From Fibrobacteria bacterium (GTDB lineage: Bacteria > Fibrobacterota > Fibrobacteria > UBA11236), in contig JBGTHM010000019.1 of assembly GCA_041746255.1 (NCBI GenBank), positions 90,107 through 154,106 on the forward strand: a stretch of DNA of 64,000 nt. The letters are read 5' to 3'. Under the pieces are notes generated by a model. The model made no database searches, was not told the DNA's origin, and saw nothing but the letters and a program-made list of their open reading frames with translations. Positions 39,378 to 49,014 of the stretch are shown here, piece after piece. Both the position numbers and the translations under genes were made by a program. How positions within the stretch are numbered: the stretch's first letter is position 1; each line of letters opens with the position of its first letter.

Positions 39378-40415
39378 TCAATAATTCACGGGTGTTCCGT
39401 CGGTAACCTGGAAGGCGCCCGCGGTGATGAGCACTTCGCCGGCAACCAGGCCGCTGCGAACCTGCACCCGGTTTCCTTGAGCGGGTCCGAGTATCACGGG
39501 AAGCTCGCGGGCCATGCCGTCGCGAATAACCATCACCGAGGTACCACCCTGGAGCCGCAGCACGGCATCGGAAGGGACAACAACGGCGCTGTCCATTTTG
39601 GCTCGCAGGATACGCGCCCTGCCCACCATGCCGGGCCGGAGCTGGTCGCCCTGGTTCTGGATTTCCAGGCGCGCAGTAACCGTCCGGTTACGGGCTTCCA
39701 CGGCCTTGTCGATGCTGCGGATTTTACCCGGAAAAACCGTGGCGGTATCCTGAATGAGCATGAATTCGGCCGTTTGCCCCTCCTTATAATCGAAGCTTTC
39801 GCTTTCGGGAATGGCGATAACCGCTTCCAACCTGTCGGTTTGGGCGATGCGGACGGTTGGCTGCCCGGGAGCCGCCGTCTGGAACTTATCGATGTTACGG
39901 CTGACCAGAACTCCGGAGAAGGGCGCCTGGCAGCGGCTGTCTTGGTAGGCCCTTTCGGCCTGGAGCAAGGCGACCCGCGCGGATTGAAAATCGAGATCGG
40001 CCTTATCTTTAACCGAGGCGCCAATATAGCCTTTGGCAATATTGGCTTCGGTACGTTCCAATTCGCCTTTGGCCAAGTCCAGAGCAGATTGGGTTTGAAG
40101 GTACATGGCGCGATATTTTTCGCTCTCGATATCGCAAAGAGATTGCCCTACCTTGACTCGGGTACCAACCTCGGCGACGCTATTGACGCGCCCACCCTGT
40201 CCGCTGGTCAACGAGACGTCCTGGATTCCGCGGAGGTCGGCGCTATAGCGGCCCCAATCCTCGAAAGCGACGGTTTCCACCGTGTCGGCGATTACCCTTA
40301 CCGTTTCCGAATTCGCGCCGACTTGGGCGGTGTTTCCTTCCACGGCCGGTTCATCGCCGCATCCGACAAATAAAACCCCGACCGCTATCAGGGTAGAAAG
40401 TAACGCATGTTTCAC
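39378..40415 (-). CDS. RND periplasmic adaptor (MFP) lipoprotein
   Basis: Lipobox LFVGC; APFSGVL; LRPGMVGR; GLVAGE. Confidence 0.92.
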   Translation of the reverse strand: MKHALLSTLIAVGVLFVGCGDEPAVEGNTAQVGANSETVRVIADTVETVAFEDWGRYSADLRGIQDVSLTSGQGGRVNSVAEVGTRVKVGQSLCDIESEKYRAMYLQTQSALDLAKGELERTEANIAKGYIGASVKDKADLDFQSARVALLQAERAYQDSRCQAPFSGVLVSRNIDKFQTAAPGQPTVRIAQTDRLEAVIAIPESESFDYKEGQTAEFMLIQDTATVFPGKIRSIDKAVEARNRTVTARLEIQNQGDQLRPGMVGRARILRAKMDSAVVVPSDAVLRLQGGTSVMVIRDGMARELPVILGPAQGNRVQVRSGLVAGEVLITAGAFQVTDGTPVNY

Positions 40416-41791
40416 AAATCCTCCTCTTTGACCAAATCCTTGCCCAGGGCGACTTTCAAGGCCGCGCCGGAACGCACTTGCAGATAACGGGCGTTCAATA
40501 ATCCGAACTCGGCTCTTTGCAACGCTTCCTCAGCCGTAAGCAAATCCGTGAGATTGCCCTTGCCGGCGCGGAATTCGTCCGAGATCAGCGACTGCGCTTC
40601 CCGAGCCGCTTCCACCGATTGCGTGGCGGCGCTTAAGGCCGTATCGGCGGCCTGCACTTCCCGCAAGGCTCCGGTTACTTCGATTTTCGTCTGCTTGCGC
40701 GCCATTCTTTCCTGTAGGCCTACGGTACGGGCATCGGATTGGAATTGCCGGGAACGGGAACGATTTCCGAAGCCGTCGAAAAGGTTCCATTGCAAACCGA
40801 TGCCGACTTGCCAATCGACGTGATCCCAATCCACGAGTTGGCCGAGTTGGGTGCGATCATAATTGAGGAAGCCGAATTTGCCTTGCGCTCCCAGCGTCGG
40901 GAGACTTTGCATGCGCATGAGTCGGGCGGTTTGTTCGAGCGCTTCACGCTGCAAACGCAGGGCTTTCAAGTCGGAACGATTTTCCGAGGAAGTCAAAATG
41001 TCGCTTTCGCTTTCCAAAACGCCTTTTTCCATGGCTAAAAACGCCTGGGCCGTATCCAGCACGACTTCGGCATCCACGGGCCGTCCCAGGAGACGGTTCA
41101 AGTGCATGCGCATGATCTCGGCGTCCCGTTCCGCGCGGATCCGTTCCGGTTCCAAAGCTTTGAGCGCGGAGACAGCGCGAAGCACGTCCGCCCGATTACC
41201 CGCTCCCAGGCGGAAATTCTGTTCCAAAAAGGCGACCGTCTCACGCTGACGCGCATGAGAGCTCTCCAAGGTTCGCAGATGCGATTCGGAGGTGATCACG
41301 GCATAATAGGCGTCCAAAGCCATCAGTTGGGCTTGTTGGCGGGCGCGCAAGGCCGAGACTTGATTAGCCTCCTCTTGAACCTTGGCCACGCGAATGGCTT
41401 GGGAAAGGCGACCGAAAGTATACAGCGCCTGATTGACTTCCAATCCGTAAGTAAACCTGTCCTGCTCGACCGAAAAAACCGGGGCGTTCCGCTGGCCGAA
41501 GCTGGAAGGGTCCATCGGCAGATGCGCCCTTCCGCCATTGGCATAGAAGTTTACCTGGGGATAGGCGGTGGCATAGGCCTCCTCTTTCACGGATTCGAAT
41601 CTTTTTACCTGCTCTTGAGCGACTAATACTTCCTCGCTTTGGGTCGCTGCCTGTTGTAAGGCTTGGGCCAAGGTCAAGCCTTGTGCGGAACTATCTAAAG
41701 GTCCGCACAAGAGGGGGAAGGTTAGCGCAGCGGTTACGGCGCGCTTACGCATTAAAGATTGGACGGGAAGGAGAATTTTATTTATCGGCAT
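40412..41791 (-). CDS. TolC-family outer membrane protein
   Basis: LTLAQALQQA; YPQV; two OEP repeats; start uncertain (41791 or 41752). Confidence 0.9.
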   Translation of the reverse strand: MPINKILLPVQSLMRKRAVTAALTFPLLCGPLDSSAQGLTLAQALQQAATQSEEVLVAQEQVKRFESVKEEAYATAYPQVNFYANGGRAHLPMDPSSFGQRNAPVFSVEQDRFTYGLEVNQALYTFGRLSQAIRVAKVQEEANQVSALRARQQAQLMALDAYYAVITSESHLRTLESSHARQRETVAFLEQNFRLGAGNRADVLRAVSALKALEPERIRAERDAEIMRMHLNRLLGRPVDAEVVLDTAQAFLAMEKGVLESESDILTSSENRSDLKALRLQREALEQTARLMRMQSLPTLGAQGKFGFLNYDRTQLGQLVDWDHVDWQVGIGLQWNLFDGFGNRSRSRQFQSDARTVGLQERMARKQTKIEVTGALREVQAADTALSAATQSVEAAREAQSLISDEFRAGKGNLTDLLTAEEALQRAEFGLLNARYLQVRSGAALKVALGKDLVKEEDL

Positions 41792-42389
41792 AATAACGAT
41801 CTCGGCCCTCTTGGGTGAAAAAACCTTCGTATAAAATCTTGACACAGGCGTCGAAGGCTTGCGAGGGGGTGAAAGGTAATTGAGCGAGCGAATCGGGATT
41901 CAAAATGTTTTCAATGACGGTAAGGTAGATGGTTATAAAAAGAGTATCATCGATGTCATTACGGAAAATTCCTTGTTCACGTCCTTGACGAATAAGGTTT
42001 CCGAAATCGGTGCGAATATTGCAGCGTCGATGTTCCGCTACGTCGTTCCACAAACCCGGCGCGCTCTTCTGTAAATCTTCGAGCAATGGAGTTGTCATTT
42101 GCCCGTAGAGGCTGGTGCAAAAAGCCGTCATGCGTTTCAGCTTTTCCAGTATATCGGTGCTGGCATCGGTATAGATGTCCCTGAGTCGGGCGTCGATTTC
42201 CTCGAGGTGGCTGCGTGTCGCGGCTTCCAGTAATTCCTCTTTCCCGGGAAAGTGCTTATATAGGGTTTTTTTGCTGATACCGAGTTGCGCAGCGATTTCA
42301 TCCATGGTCACTTTACTGATGCCATGCTTGAAAAACAGGCCTCGGCCCGCTTCCAAGATCCGTTGTCTGACTTCGCTATCTTCGGCCAA
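41778..42389 (-). CDS. TetR/AcrR family regulator
   Basis: HTH VTMDEIAAQLGISKKTLYKHFPGKEELL. Confidence 0.95.
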   Translation of the reverse strand: MAEDSEVRQRILEAGRGLFFKHGISKVTMDEIAAQLGISKKTLYKHFPGKEELLEAATRSHLEEIDARLRDIYTDASTDILEKLKRMTAFCTSLYGQMTTPLLEDLQKSAPGLWNDVAEHRRCNIRTDFGNLIRQGREQGIFRNDIDDTLFITIYLTVIENILNPDSLAQLPFTPSQAFDACVKILYEGFFTQEGRDRYYADK

Positions 42390-42420
42390 AATTCCGTCCC
42401 AGTTTAGACCCAGAAACTTA

Positions 42421-42448
42421 GGAAACTAATTTAGTACTCAAAGTTTCC
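42421..42448. promoter_or_regulatory. Candidate TetR operator
   Basis: GGAAACT-N14-AGTTTCC inverted repeat ~30 bp upstream of the tetR start. Confidence 0.5.
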
Positions 42449-42465
42449 GGTGCCAAGGGGCGTTT

Positions 42466-43179
42466 TTAGGCTGGAAAGGGGAAAAATTCATCGAGGAGAG
42501 TCTGGAAATGCAGATGGCAGTCGGGAAGGTTGTCCATCTTGGCCCGTATTCCTTCGGCGCGTTGTATATACGGGCCTGGAATTAATTCCCCTTCACATTC
42601 GCGTAGTAATGCCTCGATACCCTCTTGGGTTATTTCAAGATGGAATTGCAGTGCCAACGCGGTCTTTTCCCACAAGAAGGCCTGGTTCAAGGTGGCATCC
42701 GTTTTGGCCAATTGCCGGCTTCCTGTAGGTAAATCGAAGGTATCGCCATGCCAATGAAAGGCAGGAAAATTTTCCCGAGGAAGTAAGTCGCTGTGAGTCT
42801 CTACGGGTTGGACCGCGTGCCATCCGATTTCGGGGTGAGAACCCCGATAAACCCGGGCTCCCAAGACGTGGGCCAACATTTGCGCTCCCAGGCATATACC
42901 CAGTACGGGTTTACCGGAATGGAGGGTTTTCTCGATAAAGCGCAACTCCCGGTTCATCCAGTCGAGTCGGCTTAAATCCCGAAGGCCCATGGGTCCACCG
43001 AGAACAACAACTCCGTCGATACTCTCGTCCATCGGAAGCGGATCGTCCTGATACAACTTGGAGAGTGTAAGAGAAACTCCCCGGAGCCGCGCCCAGGTTT
43101 CCAGATGACCGGGGCCTTCGAAGTGAACATGTTGGAGGACGTGGATTCGGCGCAGAAGTGCGGGGGACGGCTTACTCAT
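42466..43179 (-). CDS. Type 1 glutamine amidotransferase (GATase1)
   Basis: LQHVHFEGPG; LGGPM; GICLGAQ; HWHGDTFDLP; LQFHLE; start at MSKPS. Confidence 0.9.
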   Translation of the reverse strand: MSKPSPALLRRIHVLQHVHFEGPGHLETWARLRGVSLTLSKLYQDDPLPMDESIDGVVVLGGPMGLRDLSRLDWMNRELRFIEKTLHSGKPVLGICLGAQMLAHVLGARVYRGSHPEIGWHAVQPVETHSDLLPRENFPAFHWHGDTFDLPTGSRQLAKTDATLNQAFLWEKTALALQFHLEITQEGIEALLRECEGELIPGPYIQRAEGIRAKMDNLPDCHLHFQTLLDEFFPFPA

Positions 43180-43189
43180 GTAAGCTCGG

Positions 43190-44053
43190 TCAAGATAGCA
43201 ATAGCGGCCATTTTGGCGGCAACCCGGTTTTTTCCGCGCTCCATTCCCACAAACGTTTTGCGATGGACTCGTTATAAGTCTCGGGAGTCGAGGCCACCAC
43301 TTTTCGGCGCCTGAAATACTTACCGGAAACACCTTCCACTTCGGGTGATGAGGCCAGATAAATACTGGTACGGGCTCCTTTTTCCGGGGAGATGGCGGCC
43401 AGGAAGAAGGGAGCCGACAATACCCGGTACCACAGGGGATTATTTTTACCGAACCCGGAGGAAACGAATCCGGGATGCAAAGCGTTAACGGTTATGTTCT
43501 CTCCCCGGAGTCGGCGAGCGAGTTCGTAGGTGAAAAGCACATTGCCCAGCTTCGATTGGCAATAGGCGCTCCAGCCATTGTAGCCGTGCTTTTTTTCCAA
43601 ATCGAGAAAATCGATAGAGCCTCGCCGATGGGCTTCGGAGGCGACATTGATGATGCGGGGCGAGGACGCTTTTTTCAAAGATTCCAACAATTGGGAGGTA
43701 AGGAGGAAATAGCCGAGATGGTTTAGGGCCAAGGTCATTTCAATGCCGTCGCGGCTTTCGCTACGATGAATGAAAATGGCGCCGGCGTTATTGATTAGAA
43801 TATCGAGGTGAGGGTACCGGGAAATGAAATTTTCGGCCACGCGCCGCACCTGTTCCTGTTGGGAAAGATCGGCCAGCAAAAATTCGACGCGAGCGTTCCC
43901 GGTTTGGGAGCGGATCGCCTCTCGGGCCGCTTCCGCTTTCTCCGCATTGCGCGCCACGCCCACTACCGTGGCGCCCTTACGGGCCAATTCCAGAGCGGTG
44001 ACGTATCCAATCCCAGTGGTGGCGCCGGTGATGAGGCAGATTTTATCTTCCAT
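43190..44053 (-). CDS. SDR oxidoreductase (retinol dehydrogenase-like)
   Basis: TGATTGIG; INNAG; YCQSK; LHPGFV. Confidence 0.92.
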   Translation of the reverse strand: MEDKICLITGATTGIGYVTALELARKGATVVGVARNAEKAEAAREAIRSQTGNARVEFLLADLSQQEQVRRVAENFISRYPHLDILINNAGAIFIHRSESRDGIEMTLALNHLGYFLLTSQLLESLKKASSPRIINVASEAHRRGSIDFLDLEKKHGYNGWSAYCQSKLGNVLFTYELARRLRGENITVNALHPGFVSSGFGKNNPLWYRVLSAPFFLAAISPEKGARTSIYLASSPEVEGVSGKYFRRRKVVASTPETYNESIAKRLWEWSAEKTGLPPKWPLLLS

Positions 44054-44296
44054 GCGCCCAATAGAACAAAATCCCCACTCTATTACCAATCCTTTCGTGA
44101 GCGGATTTGGGGTCAAGCCTGCGGGCCTCCGTGTCTTGCAATGCCTCCCGCATTTTGGTACCTTCTAGCCATACCAAAGGGCAGGAAAAGCTCGAAAAAA
44201 GCGAAAAAAAGGCGTTTTGCCTTCGGTGAACCCCATCCCTTACATCCGTTATGAGATTGTCATTGTACAATCCGAATAGTATTGGAATCTGAGGCA

Positions 44297-44659
44297 ATGC
44301 TGACAGAATATCTTCCTTTCATTCTCTTCGGTCTTCTGGCACTGACCGTGGGAATTATCGCCCTGGCGTTTTCCAGCTGGATGGGGCCGAAAAAAATGGA
44401 GAGCGACAATAAGTTCGAGCCCTATGAATGCGGAATGGATCAAATGGACTCGCCGCACAAACCCTTCGCTCTCAAGTTTTACACTTTCGCCCTGCTTTTC
44501 ATTCTCTTTGATATCGAAACCGTCTTTCTCATTCCCTGGGCGTTCGGATACCGGAATTTTCTGGGAACGGGCACCATCGTTTCGATGCTGGTATTCATGG
44601 GAGTATTGGGATTCGGGCTTTTTTACATCATTAAAACGAGGGCGCTCGAATGGGAATGA
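44297..44659 (+). CDS. nuoA: NADH-quinone oxidoreductase subunit A
   Basis: [26 protein letters not shown]. Confidence 0.95.
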   Translation: MLTEYLPFILFGLLALTVGIIALAFSSWMGPKKMESDNKFEPYECGMDQMDSPHKPFALKFYTFALLFILFDIETVFLIPWAFGYRNFLGTGTIVSMLVFMGVLGFGLFYIIKTRALEWE

Positions 44660-45165
44660 TGCCTAAGACCAACGACTTTACCATCACCCGGCTGGAGGAT
44701 GCCATCAACTGGGCCCGTTCGAAAAGCATGTGGCCCATGCCCTTTGGAACCGCCTGTTGCGGTATTGAAATGATGGCCACCTTCATGTCCAAATACGACG
44801 CGGCCCGCTTCGGTTCCGAAGTGATGAAATTCACCCCGCGTCAAAGCGACCTGCTTATCGTGTCCGGCCGCATTTCCTTGAAGATGATGCCGGTTCTCAC
44901 CCGCATCTGGGAGCAAATGCCTGAGCCCAAATGGTGCATTTCCATGGGAGCATGCGCTTCCAGCGGCGGTGTGTTCGATACCTATACCTTGATTCAAGGC
45001 GTGGACCAGTTTATTCCGGTGGACGCCTATATGCCGGGTTGCCCTCCCCGTCCCGAGGCTTTTCTGGATGCTTTGATGATGGTGCAGAAAAAGGCCAGCC
45101 GCGGTGAAGCCCGCGCGCAGGATTTTCAGGAACAGGCGACCCCAGCCGATAGCGGCGCGGTTTAG
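44650..45165 (+). CDS. nuoB: NADH-quinone oxidoreductase subunit B
   Basis: [23 protein letters not shown]. Confidence 0.97.
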   Translation: MGMMPKTNDFTITRLEDAINWARSKSMWPMPFGTACCGIEMMATFMSKYDAARFGSEVMKFTPRQSDLLIVSGRISLKMMPVLTRIWEQMPEPKWCISMGACASSGGVFDTYTLIQGVDQFIPVDAYMPGCPPRPEAFLDALMMVQKKASRGEARAQDFQEQATPADSGAV

Positions 45166-45187
45166 GATTAAAGGCGGAAAGCGACTC

Positions 45188-45724
45188 ATGATACTTTACG
45201 ACGCTTCCAAGCATATCAAACTCATCACGCGGGCGACTGAATTCGCGGGAGACAAGATTCTGTCGCGGGAAGAGAAGTCGCATTACCATCAATTCAGGGT
45301 AATGGGCGAAGATGCCTATGCTTTGATCGAATTTTTAAAACAGGATGCCGAGCTGGGATTCCAATTTTTTCTCGACCTTACCGCGGTGGATTATCTCGAT
45401 TATCCTGTCGCCCAACCCGAACGTTTCGCGGTGGTGTATACATTACTCTCACCGACCCTGGGGATTAAAACCCAGGTTAAGGCATTCGTATCCGCATCGC
45501 TTCCGCGCATCGCTTCCATCACCCATCTTTTCGCCGGAGCGAATTGGACCGAGCGGGAAGTATGGGATTTATACGGGATTGAATTTACGGGACATCCCGA
45601 TCTCACGCGCATATTGATGCCGGACGATTACGAGGGACATCCCTTGCGTAAGGATTATCCTTTGCGAGGGCGGGGGGAACGGTCCGATTTTCCCGTATAC
45701 CGTTCCAGGCCCCGGGAAAGCTGA
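45188..45724 (+). CDS. nuoC: NADH-quinone oxidoreductase subunit C
   Basis: ANWTEREVWDLYGIEFTGHPDLTRILMP...GHPLRKDYP. Confidence 0.96.
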   Translation: MILYDASKHIKLITRATEFAGDKILSREEKSHYHQFRVMGEDAYALIEFLKQDAELGFQFFLDLTAVDYLDYPVAQPERFAVVYTLLSPTLGIKTQVKAFVSASLPRIASITHLFAGANWTEREVWDLYGIEFTGHPDLTRILMPDDYEGHPLRKDYPLRGRGERSDFPVYRSRPRES

Positions 45725-45726
45725 AC

Positions 45727-46938
45727 ATGTACGCCTACGACAAGGAAATCATCGAAAAAAGCGAAAACACCGTTCACATGAACGTGGGGCCTTCGCATCC
45801 GGCCATGCATGGAACCCTGCGTGTCAAATTGGAGGTGCGCGGCGAGCGCATCATCAACGCCGAACAGGAAATCGGCTTTCTGCATACGGGTTTCGAGAAG
45901 CTGGGCGAATACCGCTCCTATAACCAATTCATTACCCTCACCGACAGACTCAATTATTTTTCTCCCCTTAACAACAACATCGGATTCGCCATCGCCGTAG
46001 AGGAACTTCTCGGTATCGAAGTACCCCGCCGAGGCCAGGTTATCCGTACCCTGCTTTGCGAGCTGTCGCGTTTGGCGGATCATTGCCTTTCGACCGGCGC
46101 TTTGACCATGGACTTGGGGGCCTTCAGCTCCATCCTCTGGACATTCATCGAGAGAGAGAAGCTTTACGACGTCTTCGAAGCCGTGACGGGAACCCGGTTG
46201 ACCACCAGCTATGCCCGGGTGGGAGGATTGGCCTTCGACGTGCCCGACGACTTCGAAAAACGCGTCACGGAAATCCTCGACAGTTTGGAAAAAACCGTCG
46301 ATAAGCTCCGCGACAGCTTTTACCAAAACCGCATCTTTCTGGATCGCACCCAGGGAATCGGAGTCATTTCCAAAGAAGACGTAATGAGTTATGGCATTAC
46401 CGGTCCTTTGGCCCGGTCGGCAGGCGTAGAGTATGACCTCCGCAAATACCGTCCCTATCTCATTTATCCCGAGCTGGACTTCGACATTCCCGTTTACCAC
46501 GGCGGCGACACTTTGGATCGCTATAAAATCCGCCTGGATGAAATGGATCAAAGCATCCGTATCGTGCGCCAAGCATTGAAGTTGCTGGAGCCGGGGCCCA
46601 TCAACCTCGAAGACCAAAAGCGCATCCTTCCCGACAAAGCTTCGGCTTACAAGGATATGGAGTCTCTCATCCATCATTTCAAAGTCATTATGCCGGGAGA
46701 AGATCACGGCATTCATGCCCCGGTGACGGATATGTATTCGGCCACCGAGTCGCCCAATGGCGAATTGGGTTTTTATATCGTTTCCGACGGCGGCTCCTGC
46801 CCTTTCCGGGTGCGCATCCGTCCTCCCTCTTTCATCAATTATCCGATTTTCAGTAAGCTGCTCAAAGGACTGATGCTTGCCGATCTGGTGGCTATCTTGG
46901 GCTCCATGAATATCATCGCCGGAGAGTTGGACAGATGA
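45727..46938 (+). CDS. nuoD: NADH-quinone oxidoreductase subunit D
   Basis: NVGPSHPAMHGTLR; GFLHTGFEK; GELDR. Confidence 0.97.
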   Translation: MYAYDKEIIEKSENTVHMNVGPSHPAMHGTLRVKLEVRGERIINAEQEIGFLHTGFEKLGEYRSYNQFITLTDRLNYFSPLNNNIGFAIAVEELLGIEVPRRGQVIRTLLCELSRLADHCLSTGALTMDLGAFSSILWTFIEREKLYDVFEAVTGTRLTTSYARVGGLAFDVPDDFEKRVTEILDSLEKTVDKLRDSFYQNRIFLDRTQGIGVISKEDVMSYGITGPLARSAGVEYDLRKYRPYLIYPELDFDIPVYHGGDTLDRYKIRLDEMDQSIRIVRQALKLLEPGPINLEDQKRILPDKASAYKDMESLIHHFKVIMPGEDHGIHAPVTDMYSATESPNGELGFYIVSDGGSCPFRVRIRPPSFINYPIFSKLLKGLMLADLVAILGSMNIIAGELDR

Positions 46939-47588
46939 AAACGCTTTCATCCACGCGCCTTGAAAAGGCTGAAGCCTATCTGACGGAATATCCCACCAAG
47001 CGCTCAGCTCTGCTTATGGTTCTGCGTTTAATCGAAGAGGAGTTCGGCCACATCGACGATGAGGGCATGGCCATCGCGGCCGACCTTTGCGAAGTCACTA
47101 CGGCTCATGTTCAGGGCATGGTCACTTTCTACACGCATTATAAACGCCCCTACCACGGCAAACACCGCTTTATGGTTTGCGCCACCCTGATGTGCGCCCT
47201 GGACGGTAATACCGACGAAGCGCTGTCGGCCATCAAGGCGAAACTGGGCATTGGACCCGGCGAGAAAACCACGGACGGCCTTTTCTCCTGTGAAAAAGTG
47301 GAATGTCTGGCTGATTGCGATCGTGCGCCCGTGGTGCAAAAAGACAACGAGCATTTCTGCTCCATGAAAGGCGAAAAGCTGGAGGGATATATCGACGGCC
47401 TTTTGCAAAGCGAAGGCAAAAGCGCGGCCGATTATAAAAATGAGGGCCCCGTACGCATGGATAGCCGCGTGCAGACCTTGCCCGTGCATTTCAATTTCGA
47501 CGGGGAAAACACGCGGGGAGCCCGGCGCTTGGATGATAAAGATCCCTACCTGCCACCCCGAAATACAACCGAAAAGCCGCGCGGATAA
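46935..47588 (+). CDS. nuoE: NADH-quinone oxidoreductase subunit E
   Basis: VCATLMC...VECLADCDRAP [2Fe-2S] ligands. Confidence 0.93.
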   Translation: MKTLSSTRLEKAEAYLTEYPTKRSALLMVLRLIEEEFGHIDDEGMAIAADLCEVTTAHVQGMVTFYTHYKRPYHGKHRFMVCATLMCALDGNTDEALSAIKAKLGIGPGEKTTDGLFSCEKVECLADCDRAPVVQKDNEHFCSMKGEKLEGYIDGLLQSEGKSAADYKNEGPVRMDSRVQTLPVHFNFDGENTRGARRLDDKDPYLPPRNTTEKPRG

Positions 47589-47625
47589 CGGAACGTTTCC
47601 AGAGTAAAAGCAAAAGAGCCCATGC

Positions 47626-49014
47626 ATGTCAGACGATAAGAACACTTCCAACGCGATTCCGGCCGCGGCCACTCCTGAGCCGTTTTCGCCCGTTATTCTT
47701 CGGCATATTCACGAAGAGGGTTCGCATACCTTGGCCCACTACCTGGCACGTGGGGGTTATGAAACCGCCAAAAGCAAGATGGGAACCGATCCCCAGGCCA
47801 TCGTGCAAACGGTAATAGACTCCGGCTTGCGCGGTCGCGGCGGCGCGGGTTTCCCTACCGGCAAGAAGTGGAGCTTTCTGGCCAAGGGCACGGGCAAGCC
47901 GATTTACCTGGCCGTCAACGGCGATGAATCAGAGCCGGGCACTTTCAAAGATCGGCACATACTTGAGAAGGATCCCCACCAACTGCTCGAAGGCGTGATT
48001 CTCACCTCTTATGCCATCGGGTCCCATCATGCTTTCATTTACTTGCGCGGGGAGTTTATTCTAGGCTATGAGCGTCTGCAGCAGGCGGTGGACGAAGCCA
48101 TGGCCAAGGGCTTTATCGGTAAAAAAATCTTCGGCGGCGATTTCGACCTCACGGTGACCGTGGTGCGCGGAGCGGGCGCCTATATTTGCGGGGAAGAAAC
48201 GGGAATGCTGTCTTCCATTGAAGGCGGTCGCGGGTACCCGAAAATCAAACCTCCTTTTCCCGCGGTCTCGGGCGCGTTCGGATGCCCAACCATCGTGAAC
48301 AATGTCGAGACCATAGCCGCGGTAACGCATATCGTGAAACATGGCGCGGCCTGGCATAAACAATGGGGCACGGAGATGAGCCCCGGATTCAAGATTTTCT
48401 GCCTTTCCGGCCATGTGAATAAACCCGGCGTCTACGAAGTGCCGCTGGGAATTCCGCTAACCGAGATGATAGAGGTTTACGGCGGCGGCATGCGCGGCGG
48501 CGTCAAACTGAAAGCCGTGATACCGGGCGGACTCAGCGCACCGGTGCTTACCGCGGCGCAGGTAGCCGATGTTACCCTCGATTACGAAAGCCTCGCCAAG
48601 GCCGGGAGCATGCTCGGTTCGGGAGGCATCACCGTCCTCGATGAAAACGTGGATATGATATCCGCCATTTACAATACCATGCGCTTTTATCACCACGAAT
48701 CGTGTGGTCAATGCACCCCCTGCCGCGAAGGCACGGGATGGCTGGAAAAGCTGGCGCACCGTTTCCACCACGACGAGGGCCGCGAAGGCGAAGTCGACCT
48801 GTTGGGCGACGTGGCCAAGAACATGCGGGGCCGCACCATATGCGTATTGGCCGACGCGGCCGCCATGCCCATGCAAAGCTACTTGCAGCATTTCCGCGCC
48901 GATTTCGAGGCCCGGGTCAAAGCGGCATCGTGGAAAGAAAGAACGCGAAGTTATAAGGACGAAATCACGCCGAAGGCCAAAGCCAGCGCCAAAGTACGGA
49001 CGGAAAATCCATGA
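47626..49014 (+). CDS. nuoF: NADH-quinone oxidoreductase subunit F
   Basis: GLRGRGGAGFPTG; DESEPGTFKDR; ESCGQCTPCREG. Confidence 0.97.
   Translation: MSDDKNTSNAIPAAATPEPFSPVILRHIHEEGSHTLAHYLARGGYETAKSKMGTDPQAIVQTVIDSGLRGRGGAGFPTGKKWSFLAKGTGKPIYLAVNGDESEPGTFKDRHILEKDPHQLLEGVILTSYAIGSHHAFIYLRGEFILGYERLQQAVDEAMAKGFIGKKIFGGDFDLTVTVVRGAGAYICGEETGMLSSIEGGRGYPKIKPPFPAVSGAFGCPTIVNNVETIAAVTHIVKHGAAWHKQWGTEMSPGFKIFCLSGHVNKPGVYEVPLGIPLTEMIEVYGGGMRGGVKLKAVIPGGLSAPVLTAAQVADVTLDYESLAKAGSMLGSGGITVLDENVDMISAIYNTMRFYHHESCGQCTPCREGTGWLEKLAHRFHHDEGREGEVDLLGDVAKNMRGRTICVLADAAAMPMQSYLQHFRADFEARVKAASWKERTRSYKDEITPKAKASAKVRTENP

Noticed and set aside
45655..46950. Long antisense or alternative-frame ORFs (431 aa here; also 38330-40373, 54897-56144, 61640-62572)
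   Set aside because: Shadow ORFs of well-supported genes (nuoD, RND/MFP, nuoL, MORN protein), expected in GC-rich coding DNA; no motifs.
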